Shown here: positions 1 through 8,813 of the stretch, one piece after another
Position numbering within the stretch: position 1 is the first letter of the stretch
Layout: each line of letters starts with the position of its first letter
NCBI RefSeq assembly: GCF_041903675.1
Contig: NZ_JAYESI010000001.1
Location: forward strand, 160,643 to 224,642
Source of the DNA: Corallococcus sp. RDP092CA
Lineage (GTDB): Bacteria > Myxococcota > Myxococcia > Myxococcales > Myxococcaceae
Direction of reading: 5' to 3'
DNA: 64,000 nt
Translations under genes and position numbers: made by a program
The notes under the pieces: model-generated
Databases searched by the model: none
Told to the model about the DNA's origin: nothing
What the model saw: only the letters and a program-made list of their open reading frames with translations

Positions 1-47
1 AAGGAAGGCACGGAGTCCGCGGACTCCCACTACCAGGGGGAACCCTC

Positions 48-446
48 GTGAGCACTGGTACGAAGGCGGTCCTGCGGCTGCGCATGGGCAGCCATGACGC
101 GCACTACGGCGGCAACCTGGTGGACGGGGCGCGGATGCTCGGCCTGTTCGGGGACGTGGCCACGGAGCTGTGCATCCGCTCGGACGGGGACGAGGGGCTG
201 TTCCGCGCCTACGACTCCGTGGAGTTCCTGGCCCCGGTGTACGCGGGCGACTTCATCGAGGCGGAGGGGGAGATCGTCTCCGCGGGCAACACCTCGCGGA
301 AGATGCGCTTCGAGGCTCGCAAGGTCATCAAGCCCCGGCCGGACGTGAATGACTCGGCTGCGGACGTGCTGCCGGAGGCGGTGGTGGTGTGCCGCGCTTC
401 GGGCACCTGCGTGGTCCCGAAGGACAAGCAGCGAGGGCAGCGATGA
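48..446 (+). CDS. Hotdog-fold protein of the 3-aminobutyryl-CoA ammonia-lyase (Kal-like) family
   Basis: 132-aa ORF. Motifs [21 protein letters not shown] and [12 protein letters not shown] are typical of Kal-family hotdog proteins. GTG start with AGGGGG upstream. Stop overlaps the next start (ATGA). Confidence 0.5.
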   Translation: MSTGTKAVLRLRMGSHDAHYGGNLVDGARMLGLFGDVATELCIRSDGDEGLFRAYDSVEFLAPVYAGDFIEAEGEIVSAGNTSRKMRFEARKVIKPRPDVNDSAADVLPEAVVVCRASGTCVVPKDKQRGQR

Positions 447-1270
447 GCAGGCCCATGGTCCTCACCGCCGCCATGGTGGGGGCGGAGACGACGCGCGAGC
501 AGACGCCGTACCTGCCCATCACCGCGGAGGAGATCGCCGAGGACGCGGTGAAGTGCCGCGAGGCGGGCGCGGCGATGGTGCACCTGCACGTGCGCACGGC
601 GGAGGGCAAGCCGTCCCAGGACGCGGAGCTGTTCCGCGCGGCCATCCGGGCCATCCGCGCGCGCACGGACGTGCTCATCCAGGTGTCCACGGGCGGCGCG
701 GTGGGCATGGGCGTGGACGAGCGGTGCGGCGGGCTGACGCTCACCGGCGCGGACAAGCCGGACATGGCCACGCTCACCACGGGCACGGTGAACTTCGGGG
801 AAGAGGTGTTCTGGAACCCGAGGCCGCTGGTGCGCGACATCGCGAAGCGCATCCGCGCCATCGGCCTCAAGCCGGAGCTGGAGTGCTTCGACGTCGGGAT
901 GATCGACGAGGCGCGCTACCTGGCGAAGGAGGGGCTGGTGGAGCTGCCGGCGCACTTCGACTTCGTGCTGGGCGTGCCGGGCACGCTCCAGGCGCGGCCG
1001 GAGGTGCTGGACTTCATGATCGCCTCGCTGCCGGAGGGCAGCTCCTGGACGGTGGCGGGCGTGGGGCGCCAGCAGCTGCCGTTCGTGGACGAGGCCGCGA
1101 AGCGCGGCGGCAACGCGCGCGTGGGCCTGGAGGACAACATCTACCTGTCCAAGGGCGTGCTCGCGAAGGGCAACTTCGAACTGGTGGCGGAGGCCGCGAA
1201 GCGGGTCCGCGCCGCGGGCCGTGAGGTCGCGACCCCGGAGCAGGCCCGGCAGCTCCTGCGGCTGGGCTGA
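443..1270 (+). CDS. kce: Beta-keto acid cleavage enzyme (BKACE/DUF849; 3-keto-5-aminohexanoate cleavage enzyme-like)
   Basis: Translation ([27 protein letters not shown]...HLHVR...QVSTGG) matches the Kce/BKACE family over its full length. Start overlaps the upstream stop, so the two genes are translationally coupled. Confidence 0.65.
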   Translation: MSRPMVLTAAMVGAETTREQTPYLPITAEEIAEDAVKCREAGAAMVHLHVRTAEGKPSQDAELFRAAIRAIRARTDVLIQVSTGGAVGMGVDERCGGLTLTGADKPDMATLTTGTVNFGEEVFWNPRPLVRDIAKRIRAIGLKPELECFDVGMIDEARYLAKEGLVELPAHFDFVLGVPGTLQARPEVLDFMIASLPEGSSWTVAGVGRQQLPFVDEAAKRGGNARVGLEDNIYLSKGVLAKGNFELVAEAAKRVRAAGREVATPEQARQLLRLG

Positions 1271-1415
1271 GGACGCCGCGCGCGGTGCCACCCCGTGAGG
1301 CCCGGGAGCGGACGACGCCCCGGGCCTTCGTGTCTCGGGGGCGCTCGCGCCCGCGTGGGCGCCTCGCGTGGAGGATGCCGCTCACGCGCGAGGGAGGTGG
1401 GGCATCCGGGGCCGT

Positions 1416-2885
1416 TCAGGCAGCCCAGGCCCAGCCCACGTGACCATCCGGGCGCACCAGCAGGCCCCCCACGCCTTCGAGGCGGCCCCCGCGCCCCACG
1501 CAGCCGCGTGCGCGCAGCGTCGTCACGTGCGAGGGCCAGCCGGGCTCCCAGCGGGGCAGGGGACGCGCGTCGTCCTCGCCCAGGCCCAGCAGCAGCCACC
1601 GGCCCGGATGCAGCGCCGCGTAGAGCCGCGCTTCCGCCCCGTCCTGGAGCGAAAGCGCCACGTCGCTCAGGCGCCGGCCACGCCAGTCCGCCAGCAGCGG
1701 TGACGTCGCCTCCGGCGCGGGCACGTCCAGCGGCGCGTAGCCCACGTCGAGCGCTCCGATGGTGTCCGCGAGTCGGCGGTTCAGCCCTGGCTCACGGAGC
1801 AGGTCGCTCAACAGCGCGCGCAGGGCCAGCGTCTCCCGCGTGGCGCCCATGAGGGCGGTCTGCGCCAGCGTGTTGTGGAGCAGCGCTTCGCCCACGGGGC
1901 GGCGCTCGCGCGAGTAGCTGTCGAGCAGGGCGTCCGGCGCGCCGTCCTTCACCACCGCCGCGAGCTTCCATCCCAGGTTCATCGCGTCCTGCATGCCGAC
2001 GTTGAGCCCCTGGCCTCCCGCGGGGAAGTGGATGTGCGCGGCATCTCCGGCCAGCAGCACGCGCCCCTCGCGGTAGCGCTCCGCGAGCCGCGTCTCGTTC
2101 CCGAACCGGGACAGCCACCGGGGCTCGCGCATGCCGAAGTCCGAGCCCGCGATGCGCAGCGTGCTCTCTCTCAGCTCCTCCAGCGTCACGGGCTCGCGCA
2201 CGGGCACCTTCTCCCGGAGCGGATCACTCACGACGATGCGATGGACGCCCGGCGCCATGGGGACCACCATCACGCCGCCCTGCTCATTCGAGATGCCGAG
2301 CGCGGGCTGGGCCGGTGGCGCACCCAACGTCACGTCGCCGAGCACCGCCGTGCGCGTCACGTCCGTCCCTGGGAACGGAATGCCCGAGAGCCGCCGGACC
2401 GCGCTCCGCGCCCCGTCCGCGCCCACCACGTAGCGCGCTCGGACCCGGAACGCCCCGGCGTCCGTGGAGCCCTCCAGGTCCACGCCCTCTGCGTCCTGGC
2501 GCAGGGCCTCCACCGTGTGGCCGCGCCGCACGGCCACGCCCAGCTCCTTCGCTCGCTCCTCCAGCAGGGCCTCCGTCATCGCCTGCGGCAGGAACAGCGT
2601 GTAGGGGAAGCGCGTGTCCAGGACGCTGAAGTCCAGGCGCGTGTCGAGCATCCCGAAGTGCCCCGTGGGCAGCGGCCGCCCCCGCTCCAGGAACCGCCCC
2701 TCCAGCCCGCGCAGCGCCAGCACCTCCAGCGAGCGCGGGTGCAGGGTCAGCGCCCGGGACTCGCGCACGGCCTCCCAGCGCCGCTCGAACAGCTCCGCCC
2801 GCCCGCCCGCCAGCGCCAGCTCGCACGCGAGCCACAGCCCGGTGGGACCTCCGCCCACCACTGCCACATCGAGGACCTCCGCCAT
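1416..2885 (-). CDS. FAD-dependent aromatic-ring monooxygenase (PgaE/OxyS/Rox-like, with C-terminal extension)
   Basis: 489 aa. N-terminal VAVVGGGPTG Rossmann motif, and DG/GD motifs including GDAAHIHFPAGGQGLNVGMQDAMNLGWKL. Divergent from a TetR-class repressor. Confidence 0.8.
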   Translation of the reverse strand: MAEVLDVAVVGGGPTGLWLACELALAGGRAELFERRWEAVRESRALTLHPRSLEVLALRGLEGRFLERGRPLPTGHFGMLDTRLDFSVLDTRFPYTLFLPQAMTEALLEERAKELGVAVRRGHTVEALRQDAEGVDLEGSTDAGAFRVRARYVVGADGARSAVRRLSGIPFPGTDVTRTAVLGDVTLGAPPAQPALGISNEQGGVMVVPMAPGVHRIVVSDPLREKVPVREPVTLEELRESTLRIAGSDFGMREPRWLSRFGNETRLAERYREGRVLLAGDAAHIHFPAGGQGLNVGMQDAMNLGWKLAAVVKDGAPDALLDSYSRERRPVGEALLHNTLAQTALMGATRETLALRALLSDLLREPGLNRRLADTIGALDVGYAPLDVPAPEATSPLLADWRGRRLSDVALSLQDGAEARLYAALHPGRWLLLGLGEDDARPLPRWEPGWPSHVTTLRARGCVGRGGRLEGVGGLLVRPDGHVGWAWAA

Positions 2886-2910
2886 GACGACCTCCGCCCG
2901 AAGGCATCAA

Positions 2911-2945
2911 ACTAACGTTGTTAGGGAAAGACTAACGCTGTTAGT
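2911..2945. promoter_or_regulatory. Two tandem palindromic operator candidates (ACTAAC-N3-GTTAG) in the divergent intergenic region
   Basis: actaacgttgttag (2911-2924) and actaacgctgttagt (2931-2945) are each inverted repeats, AT-rich against a 70% GC background. They sit between the divergent monooxygenase and tetR starts. Confidence 0.5.
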
Positions 2946-2968
2946 TTGTCAAGCCAGCGAGGGCCAGG

Positions 2969-3601
2969 GTGGGCATGCGAATCCAGCGGGAGCAGGTGGT
3001 GGCGGCGGCGTGGACGCTGCTGGACGAGCACGGCCTGGAGGGCCTCACGATGCGCGTCCTGGCGAAGGCGCTCTCCATCCAGGCCCCCTCGCTGTACTGG
3101 CACTTCCCAGGCAAGCAGGCGCTGTTGGACGCGATGGCGGACACGCTGGTGCAGGGCGTGGCGCGGACGCTGACGGCGGAGTCGCCGTGGGAGACGGTGG
3201 TGCGCACCGTGGCCGAGGAGCTGCGGCGCGCGTTCCTGGCCCACCGGGACGGCGCTCGCGTCTACGCCGGCACCATCGTCGTCTCCGAGCACACGCTGCG
3301 CGTCGCCGACACCGTCATCGGCGCGCTGACGCGAGCGGGGCTCGACTCGACGGAGGCGGGCTGGGCGGCGTTCAGCGCGCTGGACTACGTGCTGGGCTTC
3401 ACCATCGAGGAGCAGGGCTTCGCCTCGCAGGACGCCGAGGCGAAGGAGCGGGAAGGGGCGCTGCGGCAGCTCGCCTCGGTGCGCTATCCGCACGCGGCCG
3501 GCGCGGTGGACGCCATCCTGGACCGCGACTTCGATCGCCGGTTCGCCTTCGGGCTGGACCTGCTCGTCGCGGGCATCCGCACGCGGCTGTCCCCGCGGTA
3601 G
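2969..3601 (+). CDS. TetR-class (tetracycline-repressor-like) transcriptional repressor
   Basis: Translation aligns by eye along its length with the TetR(B) repressor (GLEGLTMRVLAKALSIQAPSLYWHF; LAHRDGARVYAGT; FAFGLDLLVAGI). Start is GTG at 2969 or ATG at 2975. Confidence 0.85.
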   Translation: MGMRIQREQVVAAAWTLLDEHGLEGLTMRVLAKALSIQAPSLYWHFPGKQALLDAMADTLVQGVARTLTAESPWETVVRTVAEELRRAFLAHRDGARVYAGTIVVSEHTLRVADTVIGALTRAGLDSTEAGWAAFSALDYVLGFTIEEQGFASQDAEAKEREGALRQLASVRYPHAAGAVDAILDRDFDRRFAFGLDLLVAGIRTRLSPR

Positions 3602-3763
3602 CGCGGCGCTGTCAGGAGCCCGGCGCCCAGCTCGTCCCGCCGCCCGGCACGCAGCGCACCCCCTGACACCGCGCCTCCATCCGGCTGTCCGCCCCGGGCG
3701 GCTCGGGCATCATGCCGCGCATCCCTCCCTGTCTAAGGGGAGGCCACGAGGAGCCGCGAAGCG

Positions 3764-4540
3764 ATGGACACGGGACTGCAAGGCAAGGGCGTGCTGGTGA
3801 CGGGCGGCGCGGGCGGCATCGGCTCCGCGCTGGTGCGGGCGTTCGCGGGCGAGGGCGCGAAGGTGGCGGTGCACTACCACCGCAGCCAGCAGAAGGCGGA
3901 GGCGCTCGCGCGCGAGGTGGGCGGGGCGGCCGTGCGCGCGGACCTGACGGTGGAGGCGGACGTGGACGCGCTGGTGCCGCGGGCCGTGAAGGGCCTGGGC
4001 CAGCTGGACGTGCTGGTGTGCAACACCGGCGTGTATCCCGCGCCCGACGAGCCGGTGTGGACGATGTCGCTGGAGCGCTGGCGCCGCACGCTGGCGCAGA
4101 ACCTGGACAGCGTGTTCCTGAGCTGCCGCGCCTTCCTGCGCCACGTGGAGACCACCGGCACGGGCAGCATCGTCATCATCAGCTCCACCGCGGGCCTCTT
4201 CGGCGAGGCAGGCCACACGGACTACGCGGCGGCGAAGGGGGCGCTCGCGGCGGGCTTCGTGAAGAGCCTGAAGAACGAGCTGCACCGCATCGCGCCCATG
4301 GGCCGGGTCAACGTGGTGTGCCCGGGCTGGACGGCGGTGGAGCGCAACCGCGACACGCTGGAGGACCCGCGGTTCGTGGGCCGCGTCACGCGGACGATGC
4401 CGCTGCGCAAGGTGGGGCAGCCAGAGGACGTGGCGCGCGTCGTGGTGACGCTCGCGTCGGATCGCATCTCCGGGCACGTGACGGGTGAGGTCGTCACCGT
4501 GGCCGGAGGCATGGAAGGACGGGTGCTGCATGAAGACTGA
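3764..4540 (+). CDS. SDR-family oxidoreductase
   Basis: TGGAGGIG glycine-rich motif and a YxxxK catalytic motif (HTDYAAAKGA). 258 aa. Confidence 0.85.
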   Translation: MDTGLQGKGVLVTGGAGGIGSALVRAFAGEGAKVAVHYHRSQQKAEALAREVGGAAVRADLTVEADVDALVPRAVKGLGQLDVLVCNTGVYPAPDEPVWTMSLERWRRTLAQNLDSVFLSCRAFLRHVETTGTGSIVIISSTAGLFGEAGHTDYAAAKGALAAGFVKSLKNELHRIAPMGRVNVVCPGWTAVERNRDTLEDPRFVGRVTRTMPLRKVGQPEDVARVVVTLASDRISGHVTGEVVTVAGGMEGRVLHED

Positions 4541-5324
4541 GCTGGATGTCCGGACGTACAACCGCGAGGCGTGGAACGGCGAGGTGGGGCGCGGCAACCC
4601 GTGGACGGTGCCGGTGTCCCCGGAGGTCATCGCCGCCGCGCGGCGCGGCGACTGGAGCGTGGTGCTCACCCCGAGGCGGCCCGTGCCGCGCGAGTGGTTC
4701 GGGGACCTGGAGGGCAAGGACGTGCTGGGCCTGGCGAGCGCGGGCGGCCAGCAGTGCCCGGTGCTCGCGGCGGCGGGCGCGCGCGTCACCGTCTTCGACA
4801 ACTCGCCCGCGCAGCTGGCGCAGGACCGGAAGGTGGCCGAGCGCGAGGGACTGGCGCTCCAGGACGTGGAGGGCGACATGCGGGACCTGTCCGCCTTCGC
4901 CGATGGGAGCTTCGACCTCGTCTTCCACCCGTGCTCCAACTGCTTCGCGGAGGAGATCCTGCCGGTGTGGCGCGAGGCCTTCCGCGTGCTGCGCCCGGGC
5001 GGCGCGCTCCTGTCGGGCCTCTGCAACCCGGTGCGCTACCTCTTCGACCCGGTGGAGGAGGAGAAGGGCGTGCTGCGGCTCAAGTACACGATGCCGTACT
5101 CGGACTTCACCAGCCTCACGGACGAGGAGCGCCGCCGCTACACCGACAAGGGCGAGCCCATGGTCGTGGGCCACTCGCTGGAGGATCAGCTGGGCGGACA
5201 GCTGGCGGCGGGCTTCGTGCTCACCCACCTCTTCGAGGACAAGTACGACGCGAAGGACCTGCTCTCCACGTTCCTGCCCACCTTCATCGCCACACGCGCC
5301 GTGAAGCCCTTATCGCGTTCGTGA
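4530..5324 (+). CDS. Class I SAM-dependent methyltransferase
   Basis: MKTELDV start overlaps the SDR stop. Motif I-like VLGLASAGGQ and an acidic loop VTVFDNSP. About 264 aa. Confidence 0.65.
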   Translation: MKTELDVRTYNREAWNGEVGRGNPWTVPVSPEVIAAARRGDWSVVLTPRRPVPREWFGDLEGKDVLGLASAGGQQCPVLAAAGARVTVFDNSPAQLAQDRKVAEREGLALQDVEGDMRDLSAFADGSFDLVFHPCSNCFAEEILPVWREAFRVLRPGGALLSGLCNPVRYLFDPVEEEKGVLRLKYTMPYSDFTSLTDEERRRYTDKGEPMVVGHSLEDQLGGQLAAGFVLTHLFEDKYDAKDLLSTFLPTFIATRAVKPLSRS

Positions 5325-5416
5325 CACAGACTTGCGTTGCGCCTGGCCGTCTCGAAAGCCTACAGATAGAGGTGTCCGGGTCCTCCCGGACTTCCCCCTA
5401 TCCGTAGGAGTCGTTC

Positions 5417-5968
5417 ATGAAGGTGTCGCTGCGTCTTTCCGCCGTGTTGCTGATGGGTGTGTCGTTGCTGGGCCTGGGCTGTGAGGGTGCGGGCGCGAGG
5501 GATCCGCTGAACGCCATCGAGGCGGGCGCGCAGGTGGCGGTGGATCCGTCGCTGGCGGAGGTGAAGCAGGGCGCCGTGGGCGACACGGTGCTGCGCTGCA
5601 CGCAGCCGCAGGACGGCAGCTACCTGGAGGTCGTGCAGACCGCCACGGGCTACGAGGCGGCCACGGTGTCCGAGGCCTACGACCCGTGGGACTGCCGCTG
5701 CACCTACGAGAAGCGCGTGGTGCTGGGGGAGTACACGCGGTGCAACCGCTCCACGGTGGATCCGCGCATCCTGAACTGCTTCCGCATCGAGCCCAGCGGC
5801 ACGACGGGCAAGGTGGTGCTGTCCACCACGCGCGTGCAGCGCACGCAGATGGTCATCGGCGGCACGCAGACGGTGTCGTACACGGACCTGAGCATCGCGG
5901 CCATCAACCAGGACCCGGGCCACACGCCGCGCCAGGACTTCACCTACAGCATGGACGACTGCGAGTAG
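5417..5968 (+). CDS. Hypothetical lipoprotein
   Basis: Signal peptide with LLGLGC lipobox. No recognisable domain. Confidence 0.45.
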   Translation: MKVSLRLSAVLLMGVSLLGLGCEGAGARDPLNAIEAGAQVAVDPSLAEVKQGAVGDTVLRCTQPQDGSYLEVVQTATGYEAATVSEAYDPWDCRCTYEKRVVLGEYTRCNRSTVDPRILNCFRIEPSGTTGKVVLSTTRVQRTQMVIGGTQTVSYTDLSIAAINQDPGHTPRQDFTYSMDDCE

Positions 5969-6096
5969 CCGGCGGTCCTCCGGAGGCGATTTAACCTTCG
6001 GCGGGCTCCGGGGTCTTGAGTGTCAGAGCGCGACGGGAGGCGGGCCTGCACGGCTGCTCCCGGAGCGTTTTGACCTGAACCCGGAGTCCACACACC

Positions 6097-6480
6097 ATGT
6101 CGCTCAAGTCCATGCTTCGCGGTACCGCCGTCGCCTCGCTGCTGTTCGCCGTGCCCGTGTTCGCCCAGGCCGTCGCGCCGTCCGACACCGCCAACAAGGC
6201 GGGCCCGTGCGAGGGTCGCCGGGGCCGCCACGGCGGGGGCCACAAGTTCGGCCACATGGAGCACCGGCTGGACAAGCAGGTCGCCGAAGGGCGCCTGACG
6301 CAGGCCCAGGCCGACAGCTTCAAGGCGGAGGCGAAGCAGCTCCACGAGGAGATGAAGGCCGCGCGCGCCTCCAACAACGGCCAGGTGGACGAGGCCACGC
6401 GCGCGCAGTTCAAGGAGCGCCGCAAGGCCCTGAAGGAGAAGATCAAGGCCGCGCTGGCGCCCACGCAGCAGGGCGCGTGA
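6097..6480 (+). CDS. Small periplasmic protein with LTXXQ motif (Spy/CpxP-like)
   Basis: Signal peptide (AVPVFAQA). LTQAQADSF LTXXQ motif. Charged helical remainder. Confidence 0.45.
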   Translation: MSLKSMLRGTAVASLLFAVPVFAQAVAPSDTANKAGPCEGRRGRHGGGHKFGHMEHRLDKQVAEGRLTQAQADSFKAEAKQLHEEMKAARASNNGQVDEATRAQFKERRKALKEKIKAALAPTQQGA

Positions 6481-6563
6481 GGTCCCCGCCGTGAATGGGG
6501 GACGTGACGCGAGGGCCCCGGCCGGCACAGACTGACCGGGCCCTTTCGTCCACGGGAGTCCCC

Positions 6564-7493
6564 ATGCTTCGCAGCCTCCTCGTCGCCCTCGTCGCCCTGA
6601 CCGCCGGCTGCCGCGCGCACCCTGGCGCGACGCAGGCCCCGGTGGACGCGCAGGCCCCGGCGGAGTCGCCGGTGGCGCTGGTGGCGGACGAGGAGCTCCA
6701 GCGCGTGCAGCGGCGCGCGCGGTACATCGTCGAATCGGAGAAGGGCGCCATCCGCGCCACGGACCTGCTGCTCGCGCGCCCGGACCTGGACCGCACGCGG
6801 ATGCACAGGTTCTTCACCGTGCCGCGCGGCAACGCCTGGTACGCCGTCTTCGGCCGCTTCAACTCCGAGGACGCGTTCGTCCCCGCGTATGCGTACCGCG
6901 CGCCCATCGAGTTCTCCGGCGAGATGGAGGACTTCCCCGTCGAGTCCCTCCCGGAGGGCATGGACGCCCTGGCCCGCGCGGTGAACGCCGCGTGCGAGCG
7001 CGTCTTCCAGGTGCATGGCCGCAGGCAGCTCAACCCCGTCGTGGTGGAGGAGGACGGCGGCATCACCGTCTACGTGCTCCAGGGCTTCGACGACTCGAAC
7101 CTGTACCTGCTGGGCGGGGACTTCCGCTTCAAGTTCAGCAAGGACGGCCGCCAGCAGCTCCAGGAGCTGCCCCTGCACCAGGGGCTCATCCCCGTGTCCG
7201 TCGCGCCGGACGCGGACGGCGAGCGGCCCGCCTTCTCCGCGCACGCGCACGTGCTCTTCCCGGGGCCGCTGGAGACGGAGCTCGCGCTGGTGATGCTCTA
7301 TCCCGCGCTGGGCGGCCTCTTCGTGGGCGTGCCGGACCAGGACTGCGTCTACGCGCTGTCGCCGGACGGCACCATCCGCGCGGTGCGCCTGAGCCGCGAG
7401 GAGGTCCTCCGGGAGCTTCGGCCGGACGGCATCTTCGCGCCGCCCGAGGAGCTGAACAGCGACCCGGAGTCGGGCGCGGACGTGGCGCTCTGA
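6564..7493 (+). CDS. Hypothetical lipoprotein
   Basis: MLRSLLVALVALTAGC lipobox. No recognisable domain. Confidence 0.45.
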   Translation: MLRSLLVALVALTAGCRAHPGATQAPVDAQAPAESPVALVADEELQRVQRRARYIVESEKGAIRATDLLLARPDLDRTRMHRFFTVPRGNAWYAVFGRFNSEDAFVPAYAYRAPIEFSGEMEDFPVESLPEGMDALARAVNAACERVFQVHGRRQLNPVVVEEDGGITVYVLQGFDDSNLYLLGGDFRFKFSKDGRQQLQELPLHQGLIPVSVAPDADGERPAFSAHAHVLFPGPLETELALVMLYPALGGLFVGVPDQDCVYALSPDGTIRAVRLSREEVLRELRPDGIFAPPEELNSDPESGADVAL

Positions 7494-7636
7494 ACAGCTC
7501 CCGCCGCCGCAGTGTTGAGCTTCGTTCAGGCCGTGTGTGGACGCATGACATCGCCCACGGGCAGGAGGCCTAAGTTCGCGACCTCACGGGGGGATGACGC
7601 GATGCGAGTCCCCCGTGCACTGACAGGAGGACGCGG

Positions 7637-8032
7637 ATGGCCCTGCAGAACGACTACCAGGACGTGCTGGACGTGGCGAAGACCGTGGGCGCGAAGATCG
7701 AGACGCGCGAGGAGAACGGAAAGCTCATCATCAAGGGCTCCGTGGACCACGCCTTCGACCGCGACCGCATGTGGGATCAGATCAAGGCGAAGCACCCGAA
7801 GTGGAACGATGAGGTCATGGTCATGCTGACCGTGACCCACGACGAGCCCTACGGCCTCCACACCGTGAAGTCCGGCGACACGCTCAGCAAGCTCGCCAAG
7901 GACATCTACGGGGACATGAAGCTCTACACGAAGATCTTCGAGGCCAACAAGGATCAGCTCAAGGACCCGGACCACATCAAGGTGGGCCAGATCCTCAAGC
8001 TGCCGCCGAAGACGATCGCCAACCGCGCCTGA
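7637..8032 (+). CDS. BON/LysM-domain protein (Kbp/YgaU-like)
   Basis: C-terminal YTVKSGDTLSKLAKDIYGD...YTKIFEANKDQLKDPDHIKVGQILKLP matches the LysM region of E. coli Kbp. Confidence 0.7.
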   Translation: MALQNDYQDVLDVAKTVGAKIETREENGKLIIKGSVDHAFDRDRMWDQIKAKHPKWNDEVMVMLTVTHDEPYGLHTVKSGDTLSKLAKDIYGDMKLYTKIFEANKDQLKDPDHIKVGQILKLPPKTIANRA

Positions 8033-8089
8033 GGCTTCAGCGCTCGAAGTGCCGGTGGACCGCCACCGCGCGGCCCGCCGGCCCCCGGC

Positions 8090-8755
8090 TCAAGGGCAGT
8101 ACGGGCAGTCCACCGACGCCTCGAGCGAGTCGTACACGAGGCAGTTCTGGTCCGCGGCGCTGTCGTTCTTCTGCTGGCAGCGGTGGTTCCACACGGACGC
8201 GCACTGCGTGTAGACCTGCGCGTCGCCGGTGGGCCCCTGGTAGGTGGCCGTGCACGTGCCGCCCGAGCTCCCGCCCGACACGGTGCAGGTGTTGGGGTCC
8301 GTGTTGCTGGTGCAGCGCATGTCGGAGCAGGCGGTGCCGCTGCCCAGCCACTTGCCCGAACAGCTGGAGGCCCCCGCGCGCTGATCACACAGCACGCGGT
8401 TCAGGCTCGAGTCGTAATAGGCGCACGCGCCCTTGCCGCTGCCGCTGGAGCCCCCGGACGGCGTTCCCCAGCTCCAGTCAGGCGACCTCGGCTCGGAGAA
8501 GGAGGTCTGGGAGACCATGTCGTCCGTGAAGCCGATGTCCTCGCACGAGTCACCGTCGAAGTAGCCGCAGTAGTCCCAGCTCTCGCACCAGAAGTCGCGG
8601 CACTCGTCCTCGGTGTCGTCCGAGCAGAAGTACAGCGTCGAGCCATGGACGCAGGCGCCCTGATCGAGGAAGCACCCTGGCAGGACGAGACCCACGGCGA
8701 GGGACAGGAGGACGGCGGACACAACGCCCGCGCGCGGACGAGGGGATGGGGTCAT
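8090..8755 (-). CDS. Cysteine-rich secreted lipoprotein, hypothetical
   Basis: LPGC lipobox. 19 Cys in about 195 mature residues. Gly/Ser-rich. Confidence 0.45.
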   Translation of the reverse strand: MTPSPRPRAGVVSAVLLSLAVGLVLPGCFLDQGACVHGSTLYFCSDDTEDECRDFWCESWDYCGYFDGDSCEDIGFTDDMVSQTSFSEPRSPDWSWGTPSGGSSGSGKGACAYYDSSLNRVLCDQRAGASSCSGKWLGSGTACSDMRCTSNTDPNTCTVSGGSSGGTCTATYQGPTGDAQVYTQCASVWNHRCQQKNDSAADQNCLVYDSLEASVDCPYCP

Positions 8756-8813
8756 CCGCCGGAATGTAGCTTCAAGCGCTCGGGGAATTCAGCTGGGTCA
8801 CCGTGACCATGGG

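Noticed and set aside
209-1291. Long antisense and alternate-frame ORFs across the window (e.g. 209-1291 -, 8964-10916 +, 21787-22953 -, 29898-34184 - of 1428 aa, 36298-37965 +, 39381-41774 -)
   Set aside because: These are typical high-GC shadow ORFs. They are Ala/Arg/Gly/Pro-rich with no motifs. Each overlaps a strand with a clearly recognisable conserved protein.
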